The notes under the pieces are model-generated. The model had not been told where the DNA came from and searched no databases. It saw nothing but the letters and a program-made list of their open reading frames with translations. A stretch of DNA of 64,000 nucleotides from Vicugna vicugna (Eukaryota): positions 4,470,508 to 4,534,507 of the forward strand of contig MU058584.1 of NCBI GenBank assembly GCA_013265495.1, given 5' to 3'. A program made the position numbers and the translations under genes. This document shows, piece after piece, positions 13,192 to 27,492 of the stretch (the first letter of the stretch is position 1; every line of letters begins with the position of its first letter).

Positions 13192-15581
13192 CTGAAGGAA
13201 AAAAAAAGAAAAATTCAGCAATAAACCAACTATTTTCTACATGCCTTTTAATAATCATTACCACATTTCAAAAACCTTGAGATTTATCAATCTATTTGTA
13301 GTAACTTTTACTATGCTTTCTGCATACTTTGTATTTAATATTTAGAAAGTCACCACAGTATCAATCTTTCCTACAAGTCATTTTGATCTCCCTGCCAATT
13401 ATTTGTATTTTTGTGACCTATTAAATTAGCTAAAGTGTAATGGAGATGGCTTTGGAACCATTCTCAGTTCTTTGCCTTGAATGTGGAACATATCGTTACT
13501 TCACATACGGATAATCTTCAGGTCGGAGCAATTACAAATTATCGAATTTTTGTATACAAGGCTCAGAGGATATTTATTCAGTAATTCTATTAATATTTAT
13601 TATTATAGATGACATGTCACCATATATATTCTAGTGAAAATTCCTGAAAAAATTTTGTACATTCTAGTACAAAATTCATAAACCTAATTTTAAGGGTCAC
13701 ATGAGGAAAGGGAAGAACTAGATTTGTAAGTTCCTTAAATAGTAGGGTCGTTGTTTTAGTTATCCTGGTACCCATCTGCCTTGTGCAAAACGTTAAATAA
13801 ATGTTTGTAGCATTGAAATCAATTCTGGTTTCTTAGATAACCTAGAATTTGAGAAGCATGATGTTTCAGAGCTGGAAGGAAACTCAGAGATGATCTAATC
13901 CAAATTCTTCATTTTACCAATAAGGCTCAGAGAAGTTCCAAGACCTGCCCGAGTCATGCAGCTAGTAAGCAGCAGAACGGTGACTGACTGGAACATGAAA
14001 GTCTTCTGACTCTTAAACTAGTGCTCTTTAACCACATAACATAACTCTGCCCACTTTTAACTCTTCCAAATCATATGTCCAGGGGATACAGTGACAGGAA
14101 AAGAAACAGATTTTGTCTATGGTAAGTTAAAAACTAAATCCAGTACATATCAGAGCACTTAGTATGGTGTGTATGCTCTCAACACACTAAATCATCAAAA
14201 TACATTCACTTCTTAACACAAAAATTAACCAATTTCATGTAAGACAACAGTGATTTTTAAGCAAATTCAAAATTTAAAAAATCCTATTATATTCATGATT
14301 ATGATTTCTGCCTTAATCCACTTTACTTTGTAAGAATAAATAATTTATTTTTATGGATCACAAAAATCACATCTAAAATGGCAAAATCACCCAAACATAA
14401 CATATTATTTCTCTTCATCTGCTCCCAGTAATATTTCTCAAGAGCACCAGCAGGTAAAGATTCATTTATCCGTTTTTCCTTCTAGTACAAGAGGGAAAAT
14501 CACTGTCATTAATAATAAAGAAATGTTTCTGTTCACATATGCATAAGTAACATTTAAAAGTTAAAACTGACTTAAACCTATTATTTAGAAACAAAACAAG
14601 AGGAAGATAGTGAAGTTGAAAAACCAGGGAGTGAGTTAAGATCCAGTGTGGTTCTCAGCTTAATTGTTGCACAGAAGACCATTCATTTGTTTACCTATAA
14701 TAATTACTGCACGCTTTACAGTTTGTCAGGCACTGGGGATAATTTGGTAAATAAAATACACTGCTGGCTTCTAATGACCTAAGCACAGGAAGGTTGTTTA
14801 AGTAAAATCTTATCTGGAAGCTATATAAAAACATTTTAAGGAATCTTAACTCTCGAGTGCTTTTATCAAAGCTGCTCCAGTTTCACATGTAGGTAACAGC
14901 ACCACCACAAAGTGAAAATGAACCCAGTGGTAACACTCCTTTTTGGGGTGCATTTTGGCTGAACTAATATCAAAAGTAGTTGGTTAATCCTAACAATAAG
15001 AAGAGAGATTTGAAAAATGTACATAAAAAAAAAAGTAAAAATGGCATCTTCTCCCTCTAGCTTTTTCTTTACCAAGTCGTTCTAGGCAGGCGTCACATAG
15101 CTAGTGTAAACTATGGCTCACTTTTAGCATCAAGTGATGGCAATGTTACACATTTAGGACTATCCCACTCTTTAACATAGTCCTTGGTATTTTTTTACCC
15201 CTCTCAAACGAATCCATATTGTTCTTATAGCTAAACTCATTAATTCAATGCGATTTTAAAACAGTGGGATTTAAGAATCTATCAGCGTGTACCACTAATA
15301 ATATTCTCCTGTAGTTAGTTGTATTATCTGCTTACCTATCAAAAGTATAACTTCCTTGAGGCTTGTACCCCTATCACCTAGTAGATGCTGAATAAAAAGA
15401 AGAGTTAGTGTACATAAACATCAAATCACCATGTTGTATACCTGAAACTAATATAATATTGTATGACAACTAGTATTTAAAAAAAAGGAGAAAAAGTTAG
15501 CTAGCACAGATGGAAGCAGTTCATATCAACTGGAATTTAGACTCTAATGTATAAGTATGTACCTACATGTAAACAGAAAAC

Positions 15582-15586
<5 letters not shown>

Positions 15587-15612
<26 letters not shown>
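15587..15612. repeat. (TG)13 microsatellite
   Basis: Direct reading. Confidence 0.97.
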
Positions 15613-15613
<1 letters not shown>

Positions 15614-16361
15614 ATACTTATGCAAACAACTGAAAAATTCTTTAAAATCGTAAGTTGTTTTTATCAGCCTCATACTTACATATTGATAAGTCTGGCTTAT
15701 ACATTAGAATTTTTAAATAACTTTACTGATTTCCTAGAACATTTAAACCTAATCCTAAAATCCTTCTGCAATCTGTCTTATTTTCTTTTAAAGAGCTGGA
15801 TACCATCTTTAGACTAATAATCTTGAAATGGTAGAATGTAATGGCACAGGCTCTGTCTTTTCTTGTGGCCAAAACAATTACAACACTAAGCTTCATTTTC
15901 TCACATATATGCAAGAGCTAGTCATTTTCATGTTTTACCATGTACCTTCAAGTTTTCCGTATTTTAAGTTGCAGAGCAAATCTGGAGATAATGCTGAAAT
16001 GGTTGCTGGGAGAATTAAATCTATTGAGGAGTTCAAAATTTTGGTGTTCTTATAACTGAGTGCAAATCTATCTATATTTAATTTCTGGGACTTTTATCCA
16101 AGTCCCTAAACTTTGTACTGTTCTGATAGCAGCCACCATTACACCTAGAACTCTAGCCACATGATGATTCTGTCTTCCCAATATTTGAACAAGATATGGA
16201 AACAATTTTCTTTCTTTGTTTAAGATTAGGTTGGGATTTCTAATAAGGTATAAGAAATAATAAAAAATGTTTAATAAGGAACTAAAGAAATAGATAACAT
16301 GAAGACATTGAGTTTCAGAATAAAATTTCTAATCCTAATTTAATGAAATTTTAGCTCAGGT

Positions 16362-16581
16362 CACTGGTTCTCAACTAGGGGTGAATTTTGTCCCCAGGGG
16401 ACACTTAGCAATGATTAGAGACATTTTCAGTTGTCACAACTGTAGTGGTGGTGCTGTTGTTACCCACATCTACTAGGTAGAGGCCAGGCATGCTGTTAAA
16501 CATCCTACCATGCAAAGGACAGTCCCTCACAACAATCATCCAGCCCCCAAAATGTCAGTACTGCAGGATTAAGAAACCCTG
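16362..16581. mobile_element. MER20-like hAT MITE
   Basis: 'ggttctcaac...ccccaggggacacttagcaatg...ggtagaggccaggcatgctgttaaacatcctac...aagaaaccctg'. Confidence 0.88.
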
Positions 16582-18626
16582 GCTTAGGTGGACAAACTAG
16601 GCAAACATGCAGCTAGTTTCAAGCTGTTTTATGGCTCTAAACCTTACTTTGTAACTGTTCCCTCCCAATAGTCTGCCTTGTCTTCATCTGGCTAACTCCT
16701 ACTATCTTTCAAAAACTCATTGTGTGTTTCATCTCCTCAAAGAAGCCTTCTTTAACATCTCCGGGTTAGATTAAATGCTCCTTGTCTGAACTCCCAAAGC
16801 AGACTGTCTATTCTATTGTTTTCTGCACTTAACAAAATGATCTATTTATGTATCTGTCATTTTAATCAGACAAGGTGTTGAAGACAAGGCCTGTTTCTTA
16901 GTTTTCCTTGACAAATAATATTTTTGAACAGAATTGAATTGGATTAACCATATCCAGGAGAGGTACTAATCAAAGATATTTAAACTTTAGGTCTGACCCA
17001 GATTTGCCTTGACACTGCTTCACCCTCAAGGCTAGAATTTCTATTTACCCTTCTCCAGGGACATCAGGTTCCCTTTACATCAGGGCTGTACTAGACTTTC
17101 ACTTATTAGTTACTCTACTCTTAAACTGTGGCACTCCCCTTTTGGGCTCCTGAAAATTCTTCCCATGAGTCTGATGCCATAATGCACTGATCTATAAGCC
17201 AATCTTTCCAAACTCTTCTGGTTATTTTATTTAGCTTGAGTTTCTGAGATTCCTATCATCGCATTCTTTGTCATATCTTGGGGTCATATGCAGTATCAGT
17301 TACTAAGTTTATTTTTTTATCCCTGCATGAAGCTTGGCTTCATCACTCAAGGGTAAGTTGACACATAGTTTTACTCTCTGGCTTTGAACTCCTGAGTGGA
17401 CTCTTCTCTTTCTATTTCAGAAATGATGCTTCCTCTTCTGCCACTCCAAAACCTGTTTCCTGAGCAATGCTTCTAGGTTCCGGTTTCTTTACAAGCTTAA
17501 ATAGTTGATCCTTCAGGGTTAATGAACAGTCAAGCTTTTCAGTAGATTTGCCTGGTAACTAATTTACTCAACTGCCTTCAGCTAGGTGATAGTTTTAAAA
17601 TATTAACTGCCCTTTCCCAAAGCAACTGAACCAAACAAAAACTTTCAAACATGAACTATGGTTGCTAGAATGCGGGCCAAGAGAGTTATAAATATTTTAG
17701 TTAATGAATAATTTTAAACCATAAAACAAAGCCTAAATTAGTTTAACAACTGCTAAGTGCTGAATTTAAAAATATCAATAGCACATATATATTAATAAGA
17801 TATTCTAAATTTCTAATTTTTCTGGGATATCAGAGGATGCTGATAAATGATAAAAATAATTAGAGTTGGATATCTATATATGAAAACAAGTAGTGGTTTC
17901 TTCACTGTTAAAAAAAGGATAAAATAGCTAGTAATACCCGTGATCATGCAAAGATTAACAAAAAATTTTAAGGAAAACTTAATTGACTCTTCAAGTTTAT
18001 CTTAGCTAATCACTTTCTACCTTAAAAGTAAGTCAAACAAATGTAGACGTGTATGAATTTACGTACAGAGGCTATCTTCCTGAAAACAGCAATCAATCAA
18101 TAATGGAAATGATGATGAGGAAACATTCCAACTTATTTTGACATTTCTAAAAGAAAGTGTCGACAAAACAAAGTATTTGGCAATAGATATCACTCCAACA
18201 TGGAGAATACAATGTCAAGTTGTGTTTTGAGACCTGGGAAAAACAGGTTTATGTTCTACAATGACAAAGCTATTCTCACTGGAGGAAGTAAAAACATGAA
18301 GTCATTAAATCATCATAATACCTGAAGTGATTATAACACCTTAAAATCAAGGTAAGCATAAACACAGAGTATTTAGCTAACATACATTATGATGAATAAA
18401 AAAACCTGATTAGGCAGAAATTGAGTTGTTGAAAATATACTTAATAAAAATCACCTCTTAAGAAATTTAATTTCAAGTCCAAGATGAGGGAAATGCATCC
18501 CCATCAGATATAAATGTACAGTCTTTTAGACAAAGAATAACTAAGAACACAGTTTCATTTTGTTTCTTGGAAGTCCACTCTCGAAAGTTGAGAAAGGCCT
18601 CAAATGCTGACTATTTAAAACTATGA

Positions 18627-18752
18627 TCTGTACTGTAGAACAAACTTATGGCTACCAAAGGGAAGAGAAAAAGGGGAGGAACAAATAAGGAATATGGAAT
18701 TAACACATACAAACTACTACACATAAAATAGATAAGCAACAAGGATTTATTA
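18627..18752 (+). mobile_element. Short internal fragment of an artiodactyl-type L1 3'UTR with TSD
   Basis: 'aacaaacttatggctaccaaaggg...aaaatagataagcaacaaggattta' flanked by TAAAACTATGA at 18616-18626 and 18753-18763. Confidence 0.75.
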
Positions 18753-19900
18753 TAAAACTATGAACGATTTTCAAGCATAACAAAAAATACAAAGAATAAT
18801 GGTCATTTTCTTTTGTGTCTGATTTTTAAAGTGAAACTGATGTTTTTTAAAGTTCAAACTTTCATGGAAGAATTTGAAAAATTCTGCAAGGGAACATCAC
18901 AAGCAAATATGTAAGAGACACACATTTTCAAACAAATTAACAAGTCTAGTCACCTTGATGAACTTTGACAAACATATTGATAAGATAATGACATAAATTT
19001 ACTTCCTAATTTCCTTATCTGAGAGGAGTTACTGTTAATGAAATATTCCATAAATTCTACCCAGAAAGTACGTCACTTGTTGTATATATGTTTCTCTCCC
19101 TAGGGAAAGACTTCCTTCTTGGAACAGAATAACTTCTACATAAATGCAAATATGTACACATACAAATACTGAACTGAGGTGCTCACTGTATCTCAATGGA
19201 AAAAATAAAATTCTTACTGAATACTTTCCACTACCCCTCTTATCCCTTTCATACCATTTCTTTATGGTTTGTTACTTCTCAACATCCCTCAACTTTTCTC
19301 TAAAGTGCCTTATTTCAAGCAAGTCCACCTGTTTGCTATCATGTAACCAACTACTTACAAATCCTTAGAATTTGTAAAGGTTACTCTTTGACACAGATAT
19401 TGACTGTCAAAAAGTACTCATTTTCATTTGTAAAGGTAGTTCTGATTTCACACTAAAAACATTATGGGGCTGCCATTTTAGGGCCATATCATCTTTGTAT
19501 CTTCTCTAAGGCCTTGGAAGGAGCTCACTCAAATTATTTTAAGTTTAGTTAACACTCATTACCTCACCTAGTTAGAAATTTTTTTTTCCTGTCATGAGAG
19601 CTTTTAAGATATACTCTCTTAGCAGCTTTCAAATATAAAATACATGTTTTTAACTATAGTTATCATGCTGTACATGACATCCCCCAAATTTATTTGTCTT
19701 GTAACTGCAAGTTTGTACTTTTCGACCACCTTCTAGGATAGTTTTTAAACTCTTTAGAGCTGTGGCCTCTTACTTTTGAACACACTGCCCCATCAGAAAA
19801 AAAAATTTGAGCATACATCCCCTATATATGTAGTTTATATATATGTATATCTATTTATCTATATAGACGTATAGATGTTGACTCCATGGAATTCAGTTGT

Positions 19901-20291
19901 GTACACATTTTCCTTGATTTACGATGGGGTTACATCCCGATAAACCACTGAAGGTTGCAAGTATCATAAATTGAAAATTTATTTAATATACCTAACCTAC
20001 TGAAATATCAGAGCTCAGCCTAGCTTACCTTTAACACACTCAGAACATGTACATTAGCCTACATCATCTAATACAAAGCTTATTTTATAAGAAACTGTTG
20101 AACATCATATATTTTACTGAATACTGTACTGAAAGTGAAAAACATAATGGCTATATGGATGCAGAATGGCCGTAGGTTATCAGTTGTTCACCCACTTGAT
20201 CGCACAGTTGACTGGGAGTTGTGGACTGTTGCCGCTGCCTAGCATCCTGGGAGCAATGTCCCACATATCAATGGCCCAGGAAAAGATCAAA
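19901..20291. mobile_element. TcMar-Tigger DNA transposon remnant (MER47/Tigger5-like)
   Basis: 'ttacgatggggttacatcccgataaacc...cctaacctactgaa...tactgtactgaaagtgaaaaac'. Confidence 0.75.
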
Positions 20292-20864
20292 CACTTTTAC
20301 ATTTATGAGGTGGTGTGAGGAATGACGTATCTTATGAGAATTGAACTTGCTAGGACACACATTTGGCTAGAACTGTATTCTTACTCTACAAAAGTAGGTC
20401 ATTAGAGAGAAAATATATAGATAAATGGATGATGAAGGTCACAGGTCTATATATATAATGCAATACTCTAATATATATTTATATGAAGACACATTCTTCT
20501 GTCTTCTCACCTGTCTAGACATACTTGTCAATGATAAAATTAAATTCTCAAAAATTTAGAATCTACCTTTGCGTATTATTGTAAAAACCTCCATTATATG
20601 CATCTAGTCCAATGTTTAAAATGATTAAGTAACATACTATTATGTAAAACAGTATGCAAAAACCTTGACTATTCACTCTGATAACTCTGGGAATAATAAT
20701 CAGTGTTTCACCAGATTTTATTCAATGCTAAGGAATCAACAGTTACATTTTTCCTGTTTCTTCACTTCTACATTGGTGTGCCTACAACTTTTTAATCACA
20801 ACTAATTTTGCAGTCATAGGTATTCTAACTGCATTTTGGTGAAAACCTTAGATGGGAGGAAACT

Positions 20865-21075
20865 AACACTAACATGTGTTGAGTGTCTAAGCGCAGATAC
20901 TGCTACATATTTTACGGACATTATATTACTTAATTTTCACAATAATCCTTAAATGGTGATAATTATTATCCCCATTTTATAGATTAAAGCTTAGGGTATT
21001 TAAGGTCAAGGTCACACAGCCAAGATTCAAATCCAGGTCAGTCTGGCTTCAAAGCCTATGCTCCCTCCACTACAC
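20865..21075. mobile_element. MIR remnant
   Basis: 'attatccccattttataga...aaggtcacacagc...gattcaaatccaggtcagtctggcttcaaagcc'. Confidence 0.75.
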
Positions 21076-22713
21076 TGAACAAAGGGTTATAATAACTGAG
21101 AGTCCAAGAGTATCCAGATAAAATGCACGGTCTACAAATCAATCTACAAGCCAAAGATAACTCCACTTCATTCTGAAAGTTGAATAAAGTATTACAAATA
21201 ATAATTAAAAGTAGTTAAAGCCAAGGCTGTGGAAAAGATTACAGTAAAACTACTCTCCAATTCTCTTTTAAAATGGTTTAAAATTGCTCTTCCTCTATCC
21301 TGTCTTTATCCTATAGTCCAAACACAAAGCTTAAGAGGGTAGGGTTGACTCCACAGATTTCAGTTGTCTGAAAGCCTGTATTATTACAGAAGCATTGCCT
21401 AACCCTCCCTCCCGAGAAATCTCTGCCACGAAACACAGCACAATTCCAAAAAACTGTGTAATAATAAATCAAAAGCAACTAAACTAAACTTCTTCATAGA
21501 AAATCTCTCCTTAAAGATCAATTTTATCATGGGTATGATACTACAATAAATAATATTATACTAAAGTATAATTCAAAAATACAGTTCATTTAATTATCAA
21601 ACTCGAAATCAGATTTATTAACCATCTCAGACTCCCAAGAGTTGCTTCACAGTCAGATATGGAGGGAAATGGACAACCTTCCTAATGACACCAACTGCAG
21701 AGATAGATTTAACTATGCAGGAAAAAAGGGACACTTAGGGGCTTGCACTTCAATCTTTCCATTCATAAGAAAACTTCTCCTTTGCTAAGTCTTAGGCTTG
21801 AAACTGACTTCTGAGTATATCGGTTTTAGTTCCTAGTCAAGTAAGTATTATCACTAACCATTTTATAGAAAAGGTAACAGAATTCTAGACTTTGAATAAA
21901 GAGTTGGAGGAACTGGGATCATCCAGTGTCTTTTAAGAATTATTTTTTTCAAATACACGAACATTGTTTTCCAATAGATTCAAGAGAGCTAACATTTACT
22001 GGGCATCTATGAAGAATCAAACACATATGTTATCTTTCACTCTTACATGGATCACATTTTACAGAAACTAAGATCTAGGATCTCGCCCAAGGTCACAACT
22101 ACAGAAAGCGGCAGAGCAGAATTAAATCCAGGTCTGTACACACAGAAAGGTCCAGGGAGAGTTTAGTTAGTAGTAATTTCATAAATCAGGAAAGACTAAA
22201 ACAAACTAGACCCAGGGGACGAGGAATGACACTGACTCAGAAACTCGGTAACGCATCTGCAGGCCTGTCAGCTGGAGCCGAAGGAAGTGTGACCTTTACT
22301 CCAAACCCTCCGGTGCGGTAAGACAGCTCTGCTCTGCATGGGTCAATATACAACTACTCACGGAGGGAAAGAGGAGAGAATGAGGTTTCGTGGTGGCCCA
22401 GGCCCTTTCGTGGTCGCAAAAATGGAGAAGGGTCAAACCCTGAGGCCCGGTCCGGGTCTGAGTGGTGCCTAAGGCATGGGGCGCAACAAAGTCGCAAAGG
22501 GGGCTGATTTGAAAATTCCGAGTTTATGATAGATGTTGGAAAAGAAAAAGCGAAAAGCAGGGAGGATGGGAAGGTACAAGGATTCACTTGAAGGTAAGGG
22601 GTTGGGGCTGTGGGTGATGTCTCCAGCGGTAGAGTTGTCAGTGGGCCTCTAAAGGTCTGCTTTAGAGGGACAGGGAGGGAAGGTCTCGGTGGGAGCCATT
22701 CTGGGTTCATTAC

Positions 22714-22822
22714 CTGCCGGGTGGTTGTACAACGGCCTCAACTTCTCAGGCAGCAGGAGCTCCACTCTGTCGAGGACCCGGTGGTAGGTGGCCCGCAGGC
22801 CCCGGGCGCCGGCGGCTGACAT
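22714..22822 (-). CDS. MPC2: MPC2 first coding exon (MSAAGARGLRATYHRVLDRVELLLPEKLRPLYNHPA)
   Basis: ATG at 22822-22820, 109 nt to the donor G|GTAATG. The five exons sum to 384 nt (127 aa plus stop) with no frameshift. Confidence 0.98.
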
Positions 22823-23833
22823 TTCTGCCGCGTGACCGTGGGCAGCCGGGTGGGAGAGTGGCCGCGTGCTCGTCCCTGGCTGATAATGAAGGGCAACTCC
22901 TCACCCCCCTCGGACACAACGCCTCACGTCCTCCTCTCCCCCAGGGTGCCCTTCCTGTGGCTCAGGCTGCACCCCCGTAAACCACCCCCGGGCCCGAGCC
23001 CAGAGAAGGTTGAGGGGGCGGAGACTCTGCGTTGGCCCGCCCCGGGCCCGCCTCCTGATCTCCCGCTGCCGAGATGGAGGAGGAGTCATGGAAACAGGTG
23101 CCAAAAGGAGTGCCTCACCAAATCTACCCAGCGTCCTCTCGGCAGTGCGCTTGCGCAACCGGAGCTGCCCACGGTGATTGGCCCGCCCAGGGGCGCGGGC
23201 GGGGTCCAGCGCAAGCCTCCAATTTCTCTTTCCTGCCCCGGAGGCCATGTTGAAGAAGGGAAAGTGAAGCGGCACCGGCTCTAATTCCATTTCACTTTGA
23301 TTAAGGAGGCCCCTAGTTAAAATGGGCTTTTTGGGCCTTCCGTGCCCCGACTAAAGATGACGTCGCATAACTATCTTGCTTCCTTTGGAATGAGACTCGT
23401 GAGCCAGAGACTTCCGATCTTAGCAGCTTCTTTTTCTATTCCTCATTTATCCATAGAATATTAAGGATTTGGCTAGACTGGTCCGAACTCACTTTTCCAG
23501 GGTAAGGGCAGCCGTGGCGCACAGCTGCTTCAGGCCCCAGGGTGGTCGTCATCTCGCGAGATAGGCTTGGAAGGGAGGGTGTCGAGAACGAGGAGAGGGA
23601 GGAGTCGAGGCCACCTCCGCCTCCTCCTGTTGGAGGGGGGCCGAGGGAGGGGACTGTTGCTGATATCTGGATGTTCTGGGTAGTCTGAGGAGGAGAGTAT
23701 GAAGCGAGCTCCGGCCCGGGTGCGGCCGGGCTTCGGGGGCGAAGGCGCTGCCGCCGCCAGCGCCGCCGCCATCTAACTGGCTGAGCCTGCGAGGCCCAGC
23801 GCGCGGATGGTGCCGGTGCGGCTCGGGTGTTGA

Positions 23834-24079
<246 letters not shown>

Positions 24080-27000
24080 TGATGGTGGGACAGCGCCCGG
24101 AGAGGGGCGTCCAGGAGACTCTGGGGTGCTGGGTGGACCTCGGCCGACGGACCCCGCCCCCGTGTCCTCCCACGGCCAAAACCCTGTTTGCCTGCTGCCT
24201 GCCAGCCGCCGCCCTTGATGGGGTTTCCTCGGGGGGCCGGACCGGGGGAGGTCGGTACTGGCCAGGAAAGGTTTTGAGGTCGCTTTTGGAGTGGGACTCA
24301 GGCAGAGACTTGTCGATCCTCCCGGAGCTGCCGCGTTTGGAGCAAAAGTTGGCGCTTTCGCTCTTCGACGCTCTCCCCGCTCAGGCGAAGGACCTAAGTT
24401 TGTGTTGACTGCCCTTCCTCTTAAGTCGCCCAAGGGTTTAGGTGGCGGCGGCGACGCGTTGACCACCCTCGGGGACTTCATGCTCCCAACAGACTCGGTG
24501 TAAACTGTTCTGCGGCTCCGAGCCAGAGCCTCGGAGTGATAGCTGAGCTCTCCCCACCCCCGCGCGCTTTCCCAGTTGGACTCTGCTGTTCAGTCGTTTT
24601 GACCGCTTTAAGGAGGTGTAGGGTTTCACGTTCCCATTCCTACCCCTGTGAAACGCACTTGGCATTTACTGTTTCTTAGTTAAGCTTTCTAAAAACAACC
24701 TTCGGTACTTGAGGGAACAGTTTTGGATAAAGTGGATTTGTGAGGATTCTGGGTCACGCCTGAGCCAGTATCTTAAAGTGGATAGATTTCCTAAGGATTT
24801 TTGTTTGTTTGTTTCTTTGTCTTTTCATTACTCTTTATTCTTTTTTTTTTCAACTTTGAAGATAAGACGTCATAAGTTTTTTTTTTCTTTCCAGTTTTGT
24901 CACTTTTTGCTAAATGTTAATGTCATTTGGTTTTGACTTAAAATCAATAAAAATGAAGTCTGGTTACACTTACCAGTTCTGGTGTGTGAATTATTTGAGA
25001 GAAATTAGCAAACATTTTTTCCCCTTTACTCTTGTTTTTTGGTGTCTCAGTGACATTCTCCTTGTAAAAAAATAATGAAGCAAAACTCCTTGTGATTCCT
25101 CCCATTCCAGTTTCACGTACACACCCTTAGAGAGGTAACAGTGTTAACCTGTTTACGAAATATTCCTCCAGAACTTTTTCTTTGAATTCTTATAATCACA
25201 TATGCACACATAGAAATGCTTTAGGACTGTGTATGTGTGTGATCTACATATATGGTGTCATATTGTAAATATCGTTTTGGCAACGTGCTTTTTTTGCCTT
25301 ATATCTTGGAGATCTTTCTTTGGCAGTAAAAATAGATCTAGTCAGTCTTTTAAACTATTGCATAGTGCTAAACAGTAAAAAGGTATCATAATCGACTCAA
25401 CCTCTCCCCCCCTCCTTTTTTTCCTGGTGGTTTGCTGTTACTGACAGCATTACAGTGAACATCCTTGTCTGTGTTTTTTGTGCATTGTTCTAGGATAGGT
25501 ACCTAGAGTGATGATTAATCATTTAAAAATTAAATTTCAATAGACAGTGTTCTTTTAAACCGTTAACCTAGAAAGATGAGCAGTATTTCTTTGAATATTT
25601 ACTTGATGAGAAAGAAATTAATTTTAGCTTAATAAAGCAAACTATAATACTGTGTTCTGCATGAATGAATTTTTATTTGGTCTTTTATCTCAATCAGTTG
25701 GAGCATTTAAATAAGTAGTACTTATATGTAGGGTTATATATGAATGTTTTCTTCTGGTTCAGTTAATTTAGCTGTATCTATGATAGGGTCAAAGTATAAT
25801 AAAACCAAACATTTTCTTTTTCCCTTCCTCTTCTAACTCCCTAATGGAAGTGAAGTTTGTGTGTTGAGTAGAGGGAATTAAAGAGTAAAGTCCATTGTCT
25901 TTAGCAGAAAGCCAAAATTATGTTTAAATGTATTTCAAATAAATGTATATTCATACAGGGAATCCCTTATCTTAAATAATATTTTAAATGTGCTAATAAT
26001 ATATACTTTATAATTAGCACATTCTTAGGACAACTTCCTTTAAAAGTGGTGTTGTAAGTATTTGAAAATAGCTTGTAAAATAATTTCTTGGTCTTAGGAG
26101 ACCTTCTTTACACCTTTAGTTTATCCAACTGTGCCGCACTTCAGTGGTAATCTTGGCTTAGCATTCAGGAAACAGCAAAATCCATATTAGCAGTGCCTGA
26201 ATTAATGAGATTTTAAAAAATGGTATTTTGAAGTACTCTTATAAACCTTTTAAAAAAGTGCAAAAGTTTTAATAGGTAAGTAGATTCCTTTTTTTGGAGA
26301 CTGCAAAATTTAAACATTTTGATTGTTTACAGTATTTTTCTAATCTATTTCCATTATTTGTATTTCTAATGAGGAATTACTTTTAAATAATAGTAAAATT
26401 GGGTTAGAAGGAATTGACATTTTTCTTCTAACATGTGCATTTCAAATTATGTAACCATGGCATCTCTTTCCAAGAGTAGTCAAGCTTTACAGGTGATTTT
26501 ATTTAAATTGGGTTATCGCTTTTCTCCCATCAAGGAAAATTACAGTTCACAAAACATCCTTTTATGTTGTTGGAATGAAGATAAGTAATTTGTTACATGT
26601 TATTTACAAGAAAAATATGTGTATGTTTACTTTTAGCCCCCAAATTCACAAAATTCGCCTGAACCAATAGGGTTGTTTTATCTAGCATGGATTCAGCGTC
26701 TAGGCCAGGGATTGTAATCTTCATGAGCCTGATCTAAATTTCATTGGAGGATTTGTTTTTTTAAAAAGTAATTGTCAAAGCCCAGAGTCAGAGACACCTG
26801 TAGGTTTAAATGTTTCATCAGAGTTTCTCAAGATACTGTACACTAACTATAGAGTAGTGCTTTTGAAATTCAGTAATTGTTATAATAATTTATTAACCAC
26901 ACATATTTCATTACAGTTTTATGGAGATAAACATTTCTTATAAGAGAAAATACCATTTCTGTACATTTCTTCTTTCTATTCCTATCTGTCCCATTTTAGA

Positions 27001-27157
27001 CCGACTTGCCTACAATTTGAATTTACACTTTCTAACCTTCCTAAGTTAAAAAACAGTTAAAACAACAAAAAAGCAATTTAAGGGAAATTTTCAAGGGGAT
27101 TGTTTGCTATAATGTGTAATATGTTTAATATAAAGTGTTTAAATTATGATTAGGCAG

Positions 27158-27492
27158 TGTCTTAGCTTGGGATGCTATAACAAAATGGGTGGCTTATAAA
27201 CAAATTTATTTTTCAGTTTTGGGGGCTGGGAGGCTGAGATAAGAGTGCTCACGTGGTGAGATTCTGAGCCTGGTGAGAGCCTGCTTCCTGGTTCATAGTC
27301 ATCTTTTTTCACTGTAACCTCACATGCAGAAGGGTTAAGCTAATTCTCTGGGGTCTCTTTTATAAGGGCACTAATCCAAGCCTAATCACCTCCCAAAGAT
27401 TCCACCTCCTAATACTATTACCTTGGGAGGTAGGATTTCAATAGGAATCTGTTGGGGGAGGGGGCGGAAACAGGAACTTTCAGGCTATAGCA
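27158..27492 (-). mobile_element. MaLR solo LTR (MLT1A-like)
   Basis: TG...CA ends; 'gctataacaaaa...tgggtggcttataaac', 'ttttataagggcactaatcc', 'ccacctcctaatact'. Confidence 0.85.

Noticed and set aside
23530..23772. Minus-strand ORF starting MAAALAAAAP
   Set aside because: The ATGGCGGCG start coincides with a YY1-like motif and a GCC tract; nothing else supports coding.
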